Below, piece by piece: positions 1-13,216 of a stretch of DNA of 64,000 bases. The position numbers were made by a program, and so were the translations under genes. The DNA is from Centroscyllium fabricii (lineage: Eukaryota): assembly GCA_051313645.2 (NCBI GenBank), contig JBNRSN020000019.1:33728001-33792000 (forward strand). The letters are read 5' to 3'. Each line of letters starts with the position of its first letter. Positions within the stretch are counted from its first letter, which is position 1. A model generated the notes under the pieces. The model did not search any database, was not told the origin of the DNA, and was given only the letters and a program-made list of their open reading frames with translations.

Positions 1-439
1 GCTGAACAGCAGTGCTAATAGTTACTATAATTAATGTGGTTTTCTCATCAATTAGCTGTGTTAGACCTAAGGTAACATGTCTCTGTTTTAGTAAGTGGCT
101 CATTCTTCCATTGCTGCCATTGAAACTTTCCATCCAAATTACAACACCGGAGAAAGAGATTTGTGTTCTGCCCTTTTACTACTACAAATTTCAGGATGTT
201 CAGCACCAGCTCTTTGGCATTTATAGCACATCTGTACAGCTAATTTTCTGCAGCACCAAAGTCAGTATCAAAGCAGCAGTGTAATTGAGATGGTACACTG
301 TACTAGTGCCATGAGAAGCAGGGTGCACCAGTACTTTATTTTAATCGTATGCCTCCAATAAATGCTATGAATCTTGCTATTTGGCATTTGGTGAACTGAA
401 GCGCCCAAGCCCACACTTTTCAAGAACTTACGTTTATTT

Positions 440-1660
440 ACAACAACAATAACTTGTACTTATATTGCGTTTTTAACATCCCAAGGCGCTTCACAGGAGC
501 GCTATAAAACAAAATTTGACACCGAGCCACATAAGGGAATATTAGGGCAGACGACTTGGTCAAAGAGGTAGGTTTTAAGGAGCATCTTAAAGGAGGAAAG
601 ACAGGTGGAGAGGTTTAGGGAGGGAATTCCAGAGCTTAGGGGTTTGGCAGCTGAAGGCACGGCCACCAACGGTAGAGCGATTAAAATCGGGGATGCTCGA
701 GAGGCCAGAATTAGAGAAGCGTAGATATCTCAGAGGGTTGTTGGACTGGAAGCGTTTACAGACACAGGGAGGGGCAAGGCCATGGAGGGATTTGAAAACA
801 AGGTTGATAATTTTAAAATCGAGGCGTTGCTTAACCAGGAGCCAATGTAGGTCAAAGAGCACAGGGGTGATGGGTGAACAGGACTTCGTGCAAGTTAGGA
901 CATGGCCAGCAGAGATTTGGCTGACCTCAAGTTTACGGAGGGTAGAATATGGGAGGTCAGCCAGGTGCGTGTTGGAATAGTCAAGCTTTGAGTTAACAAA
1001 GGAATGGATGAAGGTTTCAGCAGCGGATAAGCGGAGGCAGGGATGGAGTTGGGCAATGTTTAGGAGGTGGAAATAGGTGATGGCGCGGAATCGTGGTCAG
1101 AAGCGTATCTTGAGGTCAAATACGACACCAAGGTTGCAAACAGTCTGGTTCACCCTCAGACAGTTGCCAGGGAGAGGGATGGGGTCGGTTGCTAGGGAAC
1201 AGAGTTTGTGGTGGAGACTGAAGACAATGGCTTCAGTCTTCCTAATATTCAGTTGGAGGAAATTTCTGCTTATTCAGCACTGGATGTTGGACAAGCAGTC
1301 TGATAATCCAGATACAGGGGAGAGTTTGAGAGAGGTGGTGGTGAGGTAGAGCTGGGTGTTGTCAGCATACATGTGGAAACTGACGCCGTGTCTTCAGATG
1401 ATGTCGCCAAGAGGCGTGAGAAACAGGAGGGGCCAGGGATAGATGTTTGGGGGACGGCAGAGGGAGCGGGAAGAGAAGCCATTGCAGGTGATTCTCTGGC
1501 TATGATTAGACAGATAAGAATAGAACCAGGCGAGTGCCATCCTACCCAGCTGGACGACGGTGGAGAGGTGTTGGAGGAGGATGGTGTGGTCAACCATGTC
1601 AAAGGCTGCAGACAGGTTGAGAAGAACAGGGAGGGATAATTCACCTTTGTCACAGTCACA
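440..1660 (-). mobile_element. L2-clade LINE, 5'-truncated degenerate ORF2 3' part and tail
   Basis: Minus-strand peptides VDHTILLQHL...ALAWFYSYLSNHSQRI (RT) and LHWLLVKQRLDFKI...VGGRAFSCQTPKLWNSLP (typical L2 C-terminus); short (TTG)n-like tail near 440. Confidence 0.8.
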
Positions 1661-2290
1661 TAGCTCTCAACAGAATAAAACACCTAAAACACTTCCCAGA
1701 GGAGGAATGGATGCTAAGTAATAAGACTTGGGAGAGCTGACCAAAAGCATGGTTGAAAATACAGGTTTTGATGAGATTTTCAAAAAGGTGGAGAAAGTAG
1801 CAGCAAGGTTTTCGGGAGAGAATTGCAGAGAGCGGGACTGACATCAGTGGCAGAGCAAGTAGAGAGTGGGCTGCATAGGAGACCAGAGACTAAGTACTGA
1901 GGTAGGGACAGGGAAGCAGGGCTGCAGGGGTTTGCAGAGATGAGGATGAAGGGTGTGACCATAAAGAGATTTACAACAAGGACAAGGAATTTGGTGCTTT
2001 GGGGAGCAGGGAGCCAGTGGAGGGGAAATGGAACTTAATGTGGGCCAAGTTTCTGGTGGCAATGCTTTGGAACACTTGGGATTGATGTGAGCTGGAGCTG
2101 AGGAAGGCCGTGCGGAGGCTGTTGGAGAAATCAAGTCTTGGTACAGGGGAGAGGTAGGCAATGTTGTAGCGGTGGAAGTAGGCACTCAATAATGGATAAA
2201 ACATGGGTTTTGAAGTTCAGCTTACAGTCAAGTAAGAGGTTGTGAACCAACTTGGTGGGCTTTTTAAGAAGGGGGTGATGATGGCACTTT
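1661..2290 (-). mobile_element. older, more degraded L2-like fragment
   Basis: Purine-rich plus strand with patchy similarity to 540-1000 (GCAGGGCTGCAGGGGTTTGCAGAGA, GGAGCCAGTGGAGG); no intact frame. Confidence 0.45.
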
Positions 2291-3027
2291 TGAAGAGTAG
2301 AGGAACAAAAGTTCTACTGAATCCCATATGCAAGTTGCTGGAGCCTGCAGATGCGTAGAACACCTTGGAACCATCACTTGTAAAAGATTGATACAACTCC
2401 TCAGGACAATGGCCCAGCAGAGGAAATAATGCCCTTTTTTTGCAAGACTACACTAAGTTCTGGTTGATGACTTCTTACACGGGAGGACAGAAGGAATGTG
2501 CTGCAAGAAATGACAAACATCATCCAGGGGTCCAGAAACAGCAATGTCCCAAAAGGCAAAACCAATGAGGAATTCATAGGATAGGAAGAAAATATGGAAA
2601 ACAGAATCCACAACTGAGAGATAGGATAGCCAGCTATAGCTATAGCCACAGCTACAAAAGGGAAGGCTCGTCCAAAACAAAACCAGCTCATAAGCATGCT
2701 TGGGAGGAACAACAACAACTTGCATTTATACAGCGCCTTTTAACATGGTAAAAACATCCCAAGGTACTTCAAAATGGTGTCTGATAATGATCCCGTGAAC
2801 AGGTGACTTTAGACCTATAGATCCCAAAGCTTTCCACCACTGAGGGTTCTTTTTATCGAACAATTGCACCCATTTCATGGAAATAGGCAAAAACTAAAGG
2901 ATTGAGCTTTAATTCTCTTTTTTAACCGTTTCCAAACATTGTCAATGCATTCCTTGTGGAACAAGCCCACAGATAACATACATTTTCTGTATCATAGGTA
3001 GCCTGTGGAAAGATGCCATTAATATAT

Positions 3028-3497
3028 TTTTTTTTAAATTCATTGATGGGATGTGGGCGTCGCTGGCTGGCTAGGCCTGCATTTCGTGCCCATCACTAAT
3101 TGCCCTTGAGAAGATAGCGGTGAGCTGCCTTCTTGAACCGCTGCAGTCTTATTGTTTTTCGTACCGGTTGTTTACAACTGAGTGGCTTGCTAGGCCATTT
3201 CAGAGGGCATTAAGAGTCAACCACATTGCTGTGGGTCTGGAGTCACATGTAGACCAGGTAAGGACGGCAGATTTCCTTCCCCAAAAGACATTAGTGAACC
3301 AGATGGGTTTTTGCAACAATCGACAATGGTATCATGGTTGCCATTACTAAGACGAACATTTAATTCCAGAATTAAATTGAATTGAATTTAAATTCCACCA
3401 GCTGCCATGGTGGGATTTGAACCCATATCCTCAGAGCATTTGACTGAGCCTCTGGCTTACTAGTCTAGTGATATAACCACTACACCACCGCCTCCCC
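3028..3497 (-). mobile_element. tRNA-headed DeuSINE (SacSINE1-like) with CR1-derived tail
   Basis: Minus strand starts GGGGAGGCGGTGGTGTAGTGG (A box) ... GGTTCAAATCC (B box), has a Deu-like centre, and its ~110-bp tail matches the 3' end of the LINE at 5220. Confidence 0.75.
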
Positions 3498-5150
3498 TGG
3501 TCACATTCTTTATAGACTACCTTAGAACGTGTACAAATGAAAATTATATGAGAACGAGAAAGACATCATTGACCTATATATTATTCTAGGCTGTGCCATT
3601 TGCTGTTGATGGTCTTGTTCCATGAAGATTACAGTCACCAATGTGATCTTGGTTTTATAAAACTCTTCCTATGCAATTTTTATGATTTACAAATTAAGAG
3701 TCCATATAAACCACTCAGATGTGTCTTGTTGGGTTGAACTATTTAGTGAAGTAAGTCTTTGAACAATTTATTTCCATAAACACAGTGATTCCACTTCTCT
3801 GAAGCAGCAATGTACTGTGGTACTTGAGGGAAATGAGTAACGACAGTTCGAAATCCTTGGTTATCTCCACTGAGACGATGGTTTATAAATTTACAACATG
3901 AATGTTCGGTAAATACCTTGAGTTATGCTTCTACCTTTTCTAATTAATCATGCAAGCAATTGACTTTGATGAATGTAGTTAATAGGTCAATAACCCTTAA
4001 CTTCCGAATGCCTGGATTTTCCGGTAGGTCTACTCGGACCCAGAATCATAATGTTTGAGCTTTGTACATATAGAGATGCTTACTTTGTAAGAAAATCCTA
4101 CAATATATAAGTCTGAAGACAAATAATCTATTTTGTTTTTAAATAATTAGACTTTCACGAGAAAACTTTAGCTGTACTATTAGTGATAGATCCCATGACC
4201 TCTTTGTAGAGGTTCTCAGACTGCATTAGAAATACAGCTTGTGCACATGTGCAGACATGTTTGTGCAGGATGCAATAAAGTATCTATAATTATGAATGAT
4301 AATAGCTACAGTATTTCACAAAGAAAATTTAGTGAATTGTTAGACAAAGAGCCAAGTTTAACCTTCAATTGATCAAAATACAATTTGGAAATTTTTCGCA
4401 TTGCAAACCTATTTATTTCATTATCAGCACTGTAGCAGGTACTGCTGATCAAGAGTTAGCACGATAATGACATCATGAGTTTAATAATAATCTACTGCAG
4501 TATCATCTTATCAATTGTAAAGATTAATAGTACCATTTAACCAGTGAGGCTGACATCTAACTTGAAAAATGAAGTTTAAAGGCTTTGAGAACAGTTACCT
4601 TTAAATCTCTTAGCTCAAGGAATGCATTACAATTTTTCTTTGAGTAATTAAACAACCAAAATCCATTTTTATTAATCAGTAGTACGAACCCCGTCACATA
4701 ATTTCTCAGAGTTGTCAGGAATCTGACTCAGAACTGATAAAGCTGCATAGGTACAAATAAATACATAACTTATTAGCTTTTTTTAGGGCATTGACTTGGC
4801 AAACACAAAACTATAGCATTGCCATAATGTATGTTACTGTGGTCACAATAACCATCAATGTACCTAACGGTAATTAGTTTGCCCCTGATCTGTTTTCCAT
4901 TTGACGAATAAAATTCAAGTGAAGTTATTTCTTTCATGATCATTTTCTTCTTATTTAATTACTTGTGATATTTAACCTCAGATTTCCTTTAATCCATGTT
5001 GTGGTCTTTAATTCAGACTTTCTGGTTGTCACTGCATCTTCCTGCTAAGAAAATATGAAAGTAATGGGTGTTATGGTAGCCAAATGCATTCACAGTGCTC
5101 AACAAAAGCAGATCTGACATGGCAACCCAGGAGGCCTAAGTAAGTACAAT

Positions 5151-7984
5151 GAGGCAGAAATTCCTGTCCCAACGGGTGGGTACGCGGTGTGTACTCACCC
5201 GTAAGGCCAATGGATTTTATACATTGATGGGATGTGGGCGTCGCTGGCTGGCTAGGCCTGCATTTAGTGCCCATCCCTAATTGCCCTTGAGAAGATGGTG
5301 GTGAGCCGCCTTCTTGAACCGCTGCAGTCCATATGGTGTAGGTACACCCACAATGTTGTTAGGAAGGGAGTTCCAGGATTTTGGCCCAGCGGCAGTGAAG
5401 GAGCGGCGATACAGGTCCAAGTCAGGATGGTGTGTGGCTTGGAGGGTAACTTGTAGGTGGTGCTGTTCCCATGCGTCTGCTGCCCTTGTCGTTCTAACTG
5501 GTAGAGGTAGCGGGTTTGGAAGGTGCTGTTGAAGGCCTAGGACACTGCCCTGAGGAACTCCTGCAGTGATGTCCTGTGGTTGAGATGAATGACCTCCAAC
5601 AACCGCAGCCAACTTCCTTTGTGCTAGGTATGATTCCAACCAATGGAGAGTTTTCCCCTTGATTCCCATTGACTTTAGCTTTGCTAGGGCTCCTTGATGC
5701 CACACTCGATCAAATGCTGCCTTGATGTCAAGGGCAGTCACTCTCACCTCACCTCGAGTTCAGCTCTTTTGTCCATGTTTGGACCAAGGCTGTAATGAGG
5801 TCAGGAGCTGAGTGGCCCTGGCGGAACCCAAACTGGGCGTCAGTTAGCAGATTATTGCTGAGTAAGTGCCGCTTGATAGCACTGTCGACGACACCTTCCA
5901 TCACTTTGCTGATGATTGAGAGTAGACTGATGGGACGGTAATTGGCCGGGTCGGATTTGTCCTGCTTTTTGTAGACAGGGCATACTTGGGAAATTTTCCA
6001 CATTGCTGGGTAGATGCCAGTGTTGCAGCTGTACTGGAACAGCTTGGCTAGGGGCGCAGCTAGTACAGGAGCACAAGTCTTCAGTACTATTGCCGGAATG
6101 TTGTCAGGGCCCATAGCCTTTGCAGTATCCAATGTCTTCAGCCATTTCTTGACATCACGTGGAGTGAATTGAATGGGCTGAAGACTGGCATCTGTGATGC
6201 TGGGGACCTCAGGAGCAGGCCGAGATGGATCATCCACTCGGCATTTCTGGCTGAAGATAGTTGCAAATGCTTCAGCCTTGTCTTTTGCACTCACGTGCTG
6301 GGCTCCACCATCGAGGATGGGGATATTTTTGGAGCCTCCTCCTCCTGTTAACTGTTTAATTGTCCATCACCACTCACGACTGGATGGGGCAGGACTGCAG
6401 AGCTTTGATTTGATCCGATGGTTGTGAGATCGCTTAGCTCTGTCTATCGCATGTTGCTTCTGTTGTTTGGCATGCAAGTAGTCCTGTGTTGTAGCCTCAC
6501 CAGGTTGACACCTCATTTTTCGGTATGCCTGGTGCTGTTCCTGGCATGCTCTCCTGCACTCTTCGTTAAACCAGGGTTGATCTCCTGGCTTGATGGTAAT
6601 GGTAGAGTGAGGGATATGCCGGGCCATGAGGTTCCAGATTGTGGTTGAATACAATTCTGCTGCTGCTGATGGCCCACAGCGCCTCATGGATGCCCAGTTT
6701 TGAGTTGCCTGATCTGTTTGAAATCTGTCCCATTTAGCACGGTGGAAGTGCCACACAACACGGCGGAGGGTATCCTCATCATGAAGACAGGACTTCATCT
6801 CCACAAGAACTGTGCGGTGGTCACTTCCACCAATGCTGTCATGGACAGATGCATCTGCAACAGGTAGATTGGTGAGGACGAGATCAAGTCGGTTTTTCCC
6901 TCTTGTTGGTTCCCTCACCATCTGTTGCAGACCCAGTCTGGCAGCTGTGTCCTTTAGGACTCGGCTAGCTCAGTCAGTTGTGGTGCTATCGAGCCACTCT
7001 TGGTGATGGACATTGAAGTCCCCCACCCAGAGGACATTTTGTGCCCTTGCTACTCTCAGTGCTTCTTCCAATTGATGTTCAACATGGAGGAATACTGATT
7101 CATCAGCTGAGGGAGGGCGGTAGGTGGTAACTAGCAGGAGGTTTCCTTGCCCATGTTTGACTTGATGCCATGAGACCTCATGGGGTCCTGAGTCAATGTT
7201 GAGGACTTCCAGGGCTACTCCCTCCCGACTGTATACCACGGTGCCACCACCTCTGGTGGGTCTGTCCTGCCGGTGGGACAGGACATACCCAGGAATGGTG
7301 ATGGTGGTGTCTGGGACAATTGCCGGTTTTAGGGATGCACTGCACATGCGCTGGAAACCGGCATTTCCGATCTGTCAAGAAAACTCTTGATAGATCCTCC
7401 AGCTGCCCGGGAGAAGGGCCTCTGCGGGCAGTGAGTTCTGGTTTTTGGAGACCCTCCGCCCGCAGAAAACACTTACAACTCTTGTGCCTGGTAAAAGCAG
7501 GTGCAAGGCCTGCTTTTACCAGGAAAAGAGTTGAAAAAGTAAAAAAAAAAAATTCCACTGATTTATCATTTAAAAATACTTTAAAGAAAGGTAAGTTTAT
7601 TTTTAGCCCCGTCAATAACTTTAATTTTTTTTTAAATAACATATTTGTTTAAAATACTTAATTTATGTAATTTAAAGTCATTTAAAAAATGTAATTTTTT
7701 TATTTATTTAAAGTTTTACTATGTTTTGGGGGTGATCTCTATTCATATATTGGACAGAACTTCCTGTAAAATTTATGAATGGAGATTCCCTTCTCCGATT
7801 GGCTCCCCATGGCCCACGTGATCCCAGGGACGCTGCGACCCTCCTGCGCCCCTGGGATACGTGGGCCCTGCGCACCGGCAGCTTGGAGAGGCCCAGCAAC
7901 GGAACTCTGCGCCTCCCGGGAGCCCTCTGTTTCCAGATCGCAGCCCTCCGCCCGCGGGAGGCCTGCGAACGGAATTTCTGAGCC
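5151..7984. mobile_element. Harbinger-type MITE split by a CR1 insertion
   Basis: Left end GAGGCAGAAATTCC (5151), right end GGAATTTCTGAGCC (7984), flanks AAT/ATT. Segments 5151-5190 and 7360-7760 match the element at 38573-39528 in reverse. Confidence 0.65.
5220..7320 (-). mobile_element. CR1-group LINE ORF2 pseudogene (APE endonuclease + RT), frameshifted and internally deleted
   Basis: YRPP, VGDFNVHH, RLDLVLTN and SDH endonuclease motifs; GPDNIP, NYRPISLLS, QFGFR, LDIKAAFDRVWH and GVPQGSVLG RT motifs spread over broken ORFs. Confidence 0.9.
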
Positions 7985-10114
7985 ATTGTTCTCATCACAT
8001 GAACGAGAAACAGTAGAGAGGAATCACAGCAATTAATCAAATGACATGCAAGAAACAAAAATTATAACTCTGCAAATTAGCTCCTTTTTAAAGGTTTCTG
8101 CAAACAAATGTTTTTTTCTATGGAGCTACATTATAAATTGACTGTACTTAATATTGTGTCATTAAATTGGACCTATGAATCCCAACACAGAAAACTCCTA
8201 ATTTTCACCTTGCTGCTGAGTTGAAGAATGAAGTGAAAGATAGATGCTTCTTTGTAATGAGGGAGAGATTTTTTGATGAAATATCCCAGGCAATTTTCAC
8301 ACTCCTAGTTGACTCAAGAGTTGCAGAAACTGATGAGGTCACTTGAGTACACCTCTAGATTGTGCATAATGTAATTCAATTTTTAATCCTTGAGGATGTG
8401 GTTGGTACTGGGGTTCAACAGAGCAAATTCAGTCCATTCTCATTCACTTTTGCTCACCTTGAGTGTTATCTTGCTTCCTCTGCTGGCCGTCATGTTTTTT
8501 AAACTAGGAACAATGACCAAGGTTATAAAGCTTCATTTCTCCACAGCAACAATGCCTGAAAGCTAAAAATTGTAGCTGCATTGCATCATAAATAGAAACA
8601 TTTTCTGTTAACCATCAGACCTTAAATTGGACAGATGAATCAATGTGTCAGCACATCACTGCACCTTCATTACAAACTAAAATGATTCATACATAATACA
8701 GCAGTGTGTTGTAAGGTAGACAGTAGACAACGCCAGTTTAACACTCTTTAAGGGTCAGGAATTGTTTGCTATTTTGAGTATCTGGAGCTCCATGGTTTTC
8801 ACGGGACCACAGTTCAGAACAATAATGAGAGGTAATGTGAGAGTTGTGATTTTATTTCTTCAAAACCCCTAATGAAACGTGACTGGAAAAAGGAGAGATG
8901 ACCCATCCAGTATGAAGGCTGAGAGAAATAGCCGTAGCCATGTAGGTGTTGCAAGAAAAACGTGCCACTAAGCTGAAATAGAGGTTTTAACGATTTGGTC
9001 TGATAAATCATCCGTCATACTTCATATTGAGCTTTTACCGGCATAAAAATAGTCGGTGTTCCCACTGTTTGATTTTTATGGAACCTACAACCAAAATGTT
9101 ACCAACATGGATAAGATTAACGTAAAAACATTTTGCATTGTGCATTTGCAGTAAAAAAAGTGAAAAAAACGGATCGTGACTTGTTGAATAGCATGTGGTC
9201 TGGTGGCACACTGTACTGCCAAATAATAAAATATAGATTTACAACCGATTTCCCATAAGGTGACATTTTGTGAATTCCTGACCTCAGCCAGGTGGACTAG
9301 AGAAGACAGTTTCCCAGAGGGAGAGAGAGAGAAAAAATTGTTTGGCAAGTCAACCTGTTTATTCTCTCTCATCTCCGAGTAATCGAAGAGTGATACTGGA
9401 AGACTCCAAGGAATGCTGCATGAAATTAGAGGTGGTGAACACTTAGAGAGGGAGAAAACATCTAAACAAAAAAAGTAAATCCCAATTGACTATATTTGAT
9501 CGGAGTGTTTTTAGGATTAGATGCACTCTCATGTTCCACATTAATGCACACAAAGCTGCAATTTTGTACTTAGCGAAACATTTCAGCTAAATTTCACCTT
9601 CCACAGTTCGGTTAACCAAACTTTCATCCAATTGTTTGAATTGTTGAATGAGCAGAAAACTCTGTAAAATATGTTTCTTAATGACTTGCTAAAGTCTGTT
9701 CCATGTAAGAAGTGAAATATCATATCGCTTCCAGAGAACATATGCTTATAACTACAGGGGAAAAACTGGAGCACAGTGCCTTGCTAAGGAAAGGCTCAAA
9801 CTCCCCCCCCCACTTCCTCCATTTAGAGGAAATGCAGGTTGCGAATCAAAGTACTTTGCTAAGCTCTTGCCTTGGCAGAGAAAAATGTCTGTTCATTCTG
9901 TTCATAATTTTAAAATCTGATTATCGTCTACTCTGCACAACAGTACGTTCAGTGTTTCCTCTATCTAATTTGCACAGACTTATAGACTCCCTTTTTACCA
10001 TCCAAGGAAGGAAAAATCTGTTTATGGGTTGAAATTCATTACGCTGTCCCAGCATTGACTGGCCCAAACACTCTATATAGCTGCAGCTTAATGTCCGTTC
10101 AGTGCTCCCGGAAG

Positions 10115-10667
10115 CCTGTCACTTTAATTCTCCGCTTCACTCCCACTCTGATCTCTTTGTCCTTGGCTGATTACATTGTTCCACGGAAGCTCAGTGTAAA
10201 CTCGAGGAACAACACCTCATCTTCCGATTAGGCACTTTACAGCCCTCTGGACTCAATATCGAGTTCAACAATTTCAGATCATAACTTTGGCCCCCATTAT
10301 ATTTTTACCTATTTTTATCCACACCTTTTATTTGGCCTTTTTTTCTTCTCTCTCTCTCACAGCAGCCCTCTCCCATTCTGCCAGTGCTTTTCACACCTAA
10401 TCTACAGCTGTCTCCTGTCCACAGCCCCATCTGCATTGAATACCTCTTAACGTCTTTTCTCTTTGTTCTCTCTTCGCTTTTGTTTTCTGTTCCCTCCCAG
10501 CCCCCTGCCTTCCTACCTCTTTCATTTCCTGGCTTTAGTCTTGACAAAGGGTTCGAACCCGAAACGTCGACTCTGTATTTCTCTCCACGGATGTTGCCTG
10601 ACCTGCTGAGTTTTTCCAGCATTTTCTGTTGTTATTTCGGATTTCCAGCATCTGCAGTATTTTGCTA
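10115..10667 (+). mobile_element. Penelope-like element 3' fragment with pLTR
   Basis: Encodes ...KLEEQHLIFRLGTLQPSGLNIEFNNF (same as 19353-20087), followed by the pLTR with hammerhead-like AGTC-TTGACAA-AGGGTTCGAACCC-GAAA-CGTC-GACT. Confidence 0.8.
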
Positions 10668-12219
10668 TCGTCCATTAACTAGTATTTGCAAAATCATGGA
10701 CATTCCTTTCATTCCACTACACAGACAAGCCTTCTAAGCTCGGACAGCAGTGAAAAAAGCTAAGCATTAACTTTAACAGGGTGCGAGGGGGAAATCAGAG
10801 CTGATGTGTTATAATACCATATCAACTCTTTACTCCCAAGAGTAGAGTGACCTCTAAATCCCGTGAGTGCAATATACAGTATTGAACAAAAGCAACAGTC
10901 ACTCATCCTACAAGAAAGGCATGCATTTCAATTTCCATTTGAAAGCTTTACTGATCCCAGAAAAGGTGAGCAACAGCAGTCGAGCACAATGCTGGACGAC
11001 TAAGAAAATAAGGAGGGGCTGTGCTTGCAAACATAAAAGTTTGATTGTAGGACATTTGCTGGATACAATTACTGGAAGACTAATTGTATCCCTGAAATCA
11101 AACAGTATAACTTCTATTTAAATGTGCATTTTTTGCTTTGAATGTAATATTTATTTTTTCCGCTTGTAGTTCTAAGCCAAAATGCACAGTGCGGCAACAT
11201 CAAAGATAAAAGCACATTTGATAATATCACTGATCACTTCTGTAGGACAGGATATAGACAGACAAAAGTGTCAAGTTAATCATTCAGTATTTGTTGTTCA
11301 ATCAATAGTAAGTGATCAGTTACCAGAGATGTGTCAGAATACATATCCAGTATACCATATTTTCTCATTCTCTTATTCTCCAATTCACTGTAATTGCAAC
11401 AGTGTATCTGCAGATAACTTTGGCCCATCTAGACCACAATATGGTCCAGGGGTTGCAATTCCTCATCTATACCAAGAGTATAAACTGCAAACCAACATGG
11501 AAAATTACTCTATTCCATTTGTAATTCCCACCCCCCCTCGCCCCGCCCCAACCATAGGATGTTAGGTACCATATATTAAGCAGGCATAACCACAGCATTC
11601 AAAGCACACATCCATATTTAAACAAAATTATTTTAATAAAATGTAAAATTATTAACCAATGTTTGGGACTCTTGGGGAAATGGGGAAGGGTAGGCAACTG
11701 CGCCCCAAAAAAATGAAACAAGATATTGCTTCCAACATAATGCAGAGAATTCAAACTGGGGAAATCTGCTAAAACTAGAAGAACATGGTCTGGCGGGAAG
11801 AAGTTTGCTATATTTAGTATGTGGAAATCAAATTAATTTGAAGAACAAAGGCTACATTACCTAAAAGTAAGCAATCTGCCTTTTTTGATCCTTCATATGT
11901 AATTCATAATTCTCTCAGAGGGGCACATGTTCAAAAAAGAGAATCTGTCTGGTTGGAGCCCAAGACAGATAGTGTCACAGATCTGTCAAACTGCATCTCT
12001 TTGGAGCCAGATCCAAATAACAATGTTTGGCAGAGATGTGTATAATACTCCATGCAGCTACTTTAGAATGTAATCTAAATGTATATGTTTGAAACTTGCC
12101 TACCTGGGTATAACTATATTTGTAAAAAAACAACTCTAATCTTCTCAGATGAGATCTCCCAGTCAGTTGCACAAAGTATTTACTAATCAAAAAGTCTGAG
12201 GAAATGTGGCATAAGCACA

Positions 12220-12729
12220 CAGTGGCTTATGAACTTTTACCGCAGCACCATAGAGCGTGCACTGACGGGTGATGTCACTGTGTGGTATGGTAAAACCACT
12301 GCACAGGACAGGAAAGCCATCCAGAGGGTCGTGAGGATGGCAGAAAAGATCATCGGGTGTGCACTTCCGTCCATCGAGAAGATCTTCCAGACCAGGTATC
12401 CGAATAAGGCCCGCTCCATCATCCAGTACCCCAATCACCCTGGGCACGATCTGTTCTCCCTCCTGTGGTCCGGCCGTCGGTACTGCAGCATCCGTACCAG
12501 GTCCAGTAGGTTCAAGAACAGTTTCTACCCACAGGCAGTGCGCCTGCTGAACTGCGAATCGCACTTGTTTGCTTATTTGTTTGTTTATTTGCTTATTCTA
12601 TCTACATCTATACTTGTTTTTACTTCTGCCTTTTATATTTATACTAATATGTGGGAGTGAGTGGGGAGTAAGCATTCCATTATACCAGTTGCATATGGCA
12701 ATATAATAAAAATCAAATCAAATCAAATT
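12220..12729 (+). mobile_element. Rex1/Babar LINE 3' fragment
   Basis: NFYRSTIE...TVWYG...IQRVVRMAEKIIG...HPGHDLFSLLWSGRRY...RFKNSFYPQAVRLLN is the Rex1 ORF2 C-terminus; ends with AATAAA and (AATCA)n. Confidence 0.8.
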
Positions 12730-12949
12730 TGTGCTGTGACAGTCATATCCAAAGCTTTATTTCCAACAATTGAGTGGCATAATACAAGAGAAGCCGCCCA
12801 ACAGCCACACAATGGTGTCTATATTTCATCTTACAGTAGAAATAAAAATCTGAGACGTGATTGAGCTGGATGAAACTTATACACTACCTTGGCTTCGTTT
12901 GTAGATCTCAAATTCACATTGAATGCATGACAGGCTCCGTCTAATTGTA

Positions 12950-13216
12950 ATAACAAAAGGAAATGCTGGCAACATTCAGCAGGCCAGGCAGCATCCATGG
13001 AAAGAGAAACAGTTAACGTTTTGGGTCTGTGAACCTTCGTCAGAACTGGTAAAAGTTGCAGATGTAACAGGTTTCAAGCAGGTGCAGAGGCAGGGAAAAT
13101 GGGGGGGGCGGGGGGGGGGCAGGAGGGGAGGAAGGAACTGAAGAGACAGTCTGTGCTAGAATGCAAGGCAGGAGAGATTAAATGTTGCAAATGGGGATAT
13201 GGCAGAATCATCGACA
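12950..13216 (-). mobile_element. short non-coding Penelope pLTR derivative
   Basis: Homologous to 19150-19355 and 63245-63480; flanked by the 14-bp direct repeat TCCGTCTAATTGTA (12936-12949 and 13217-13230). Confidence 0.75.
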
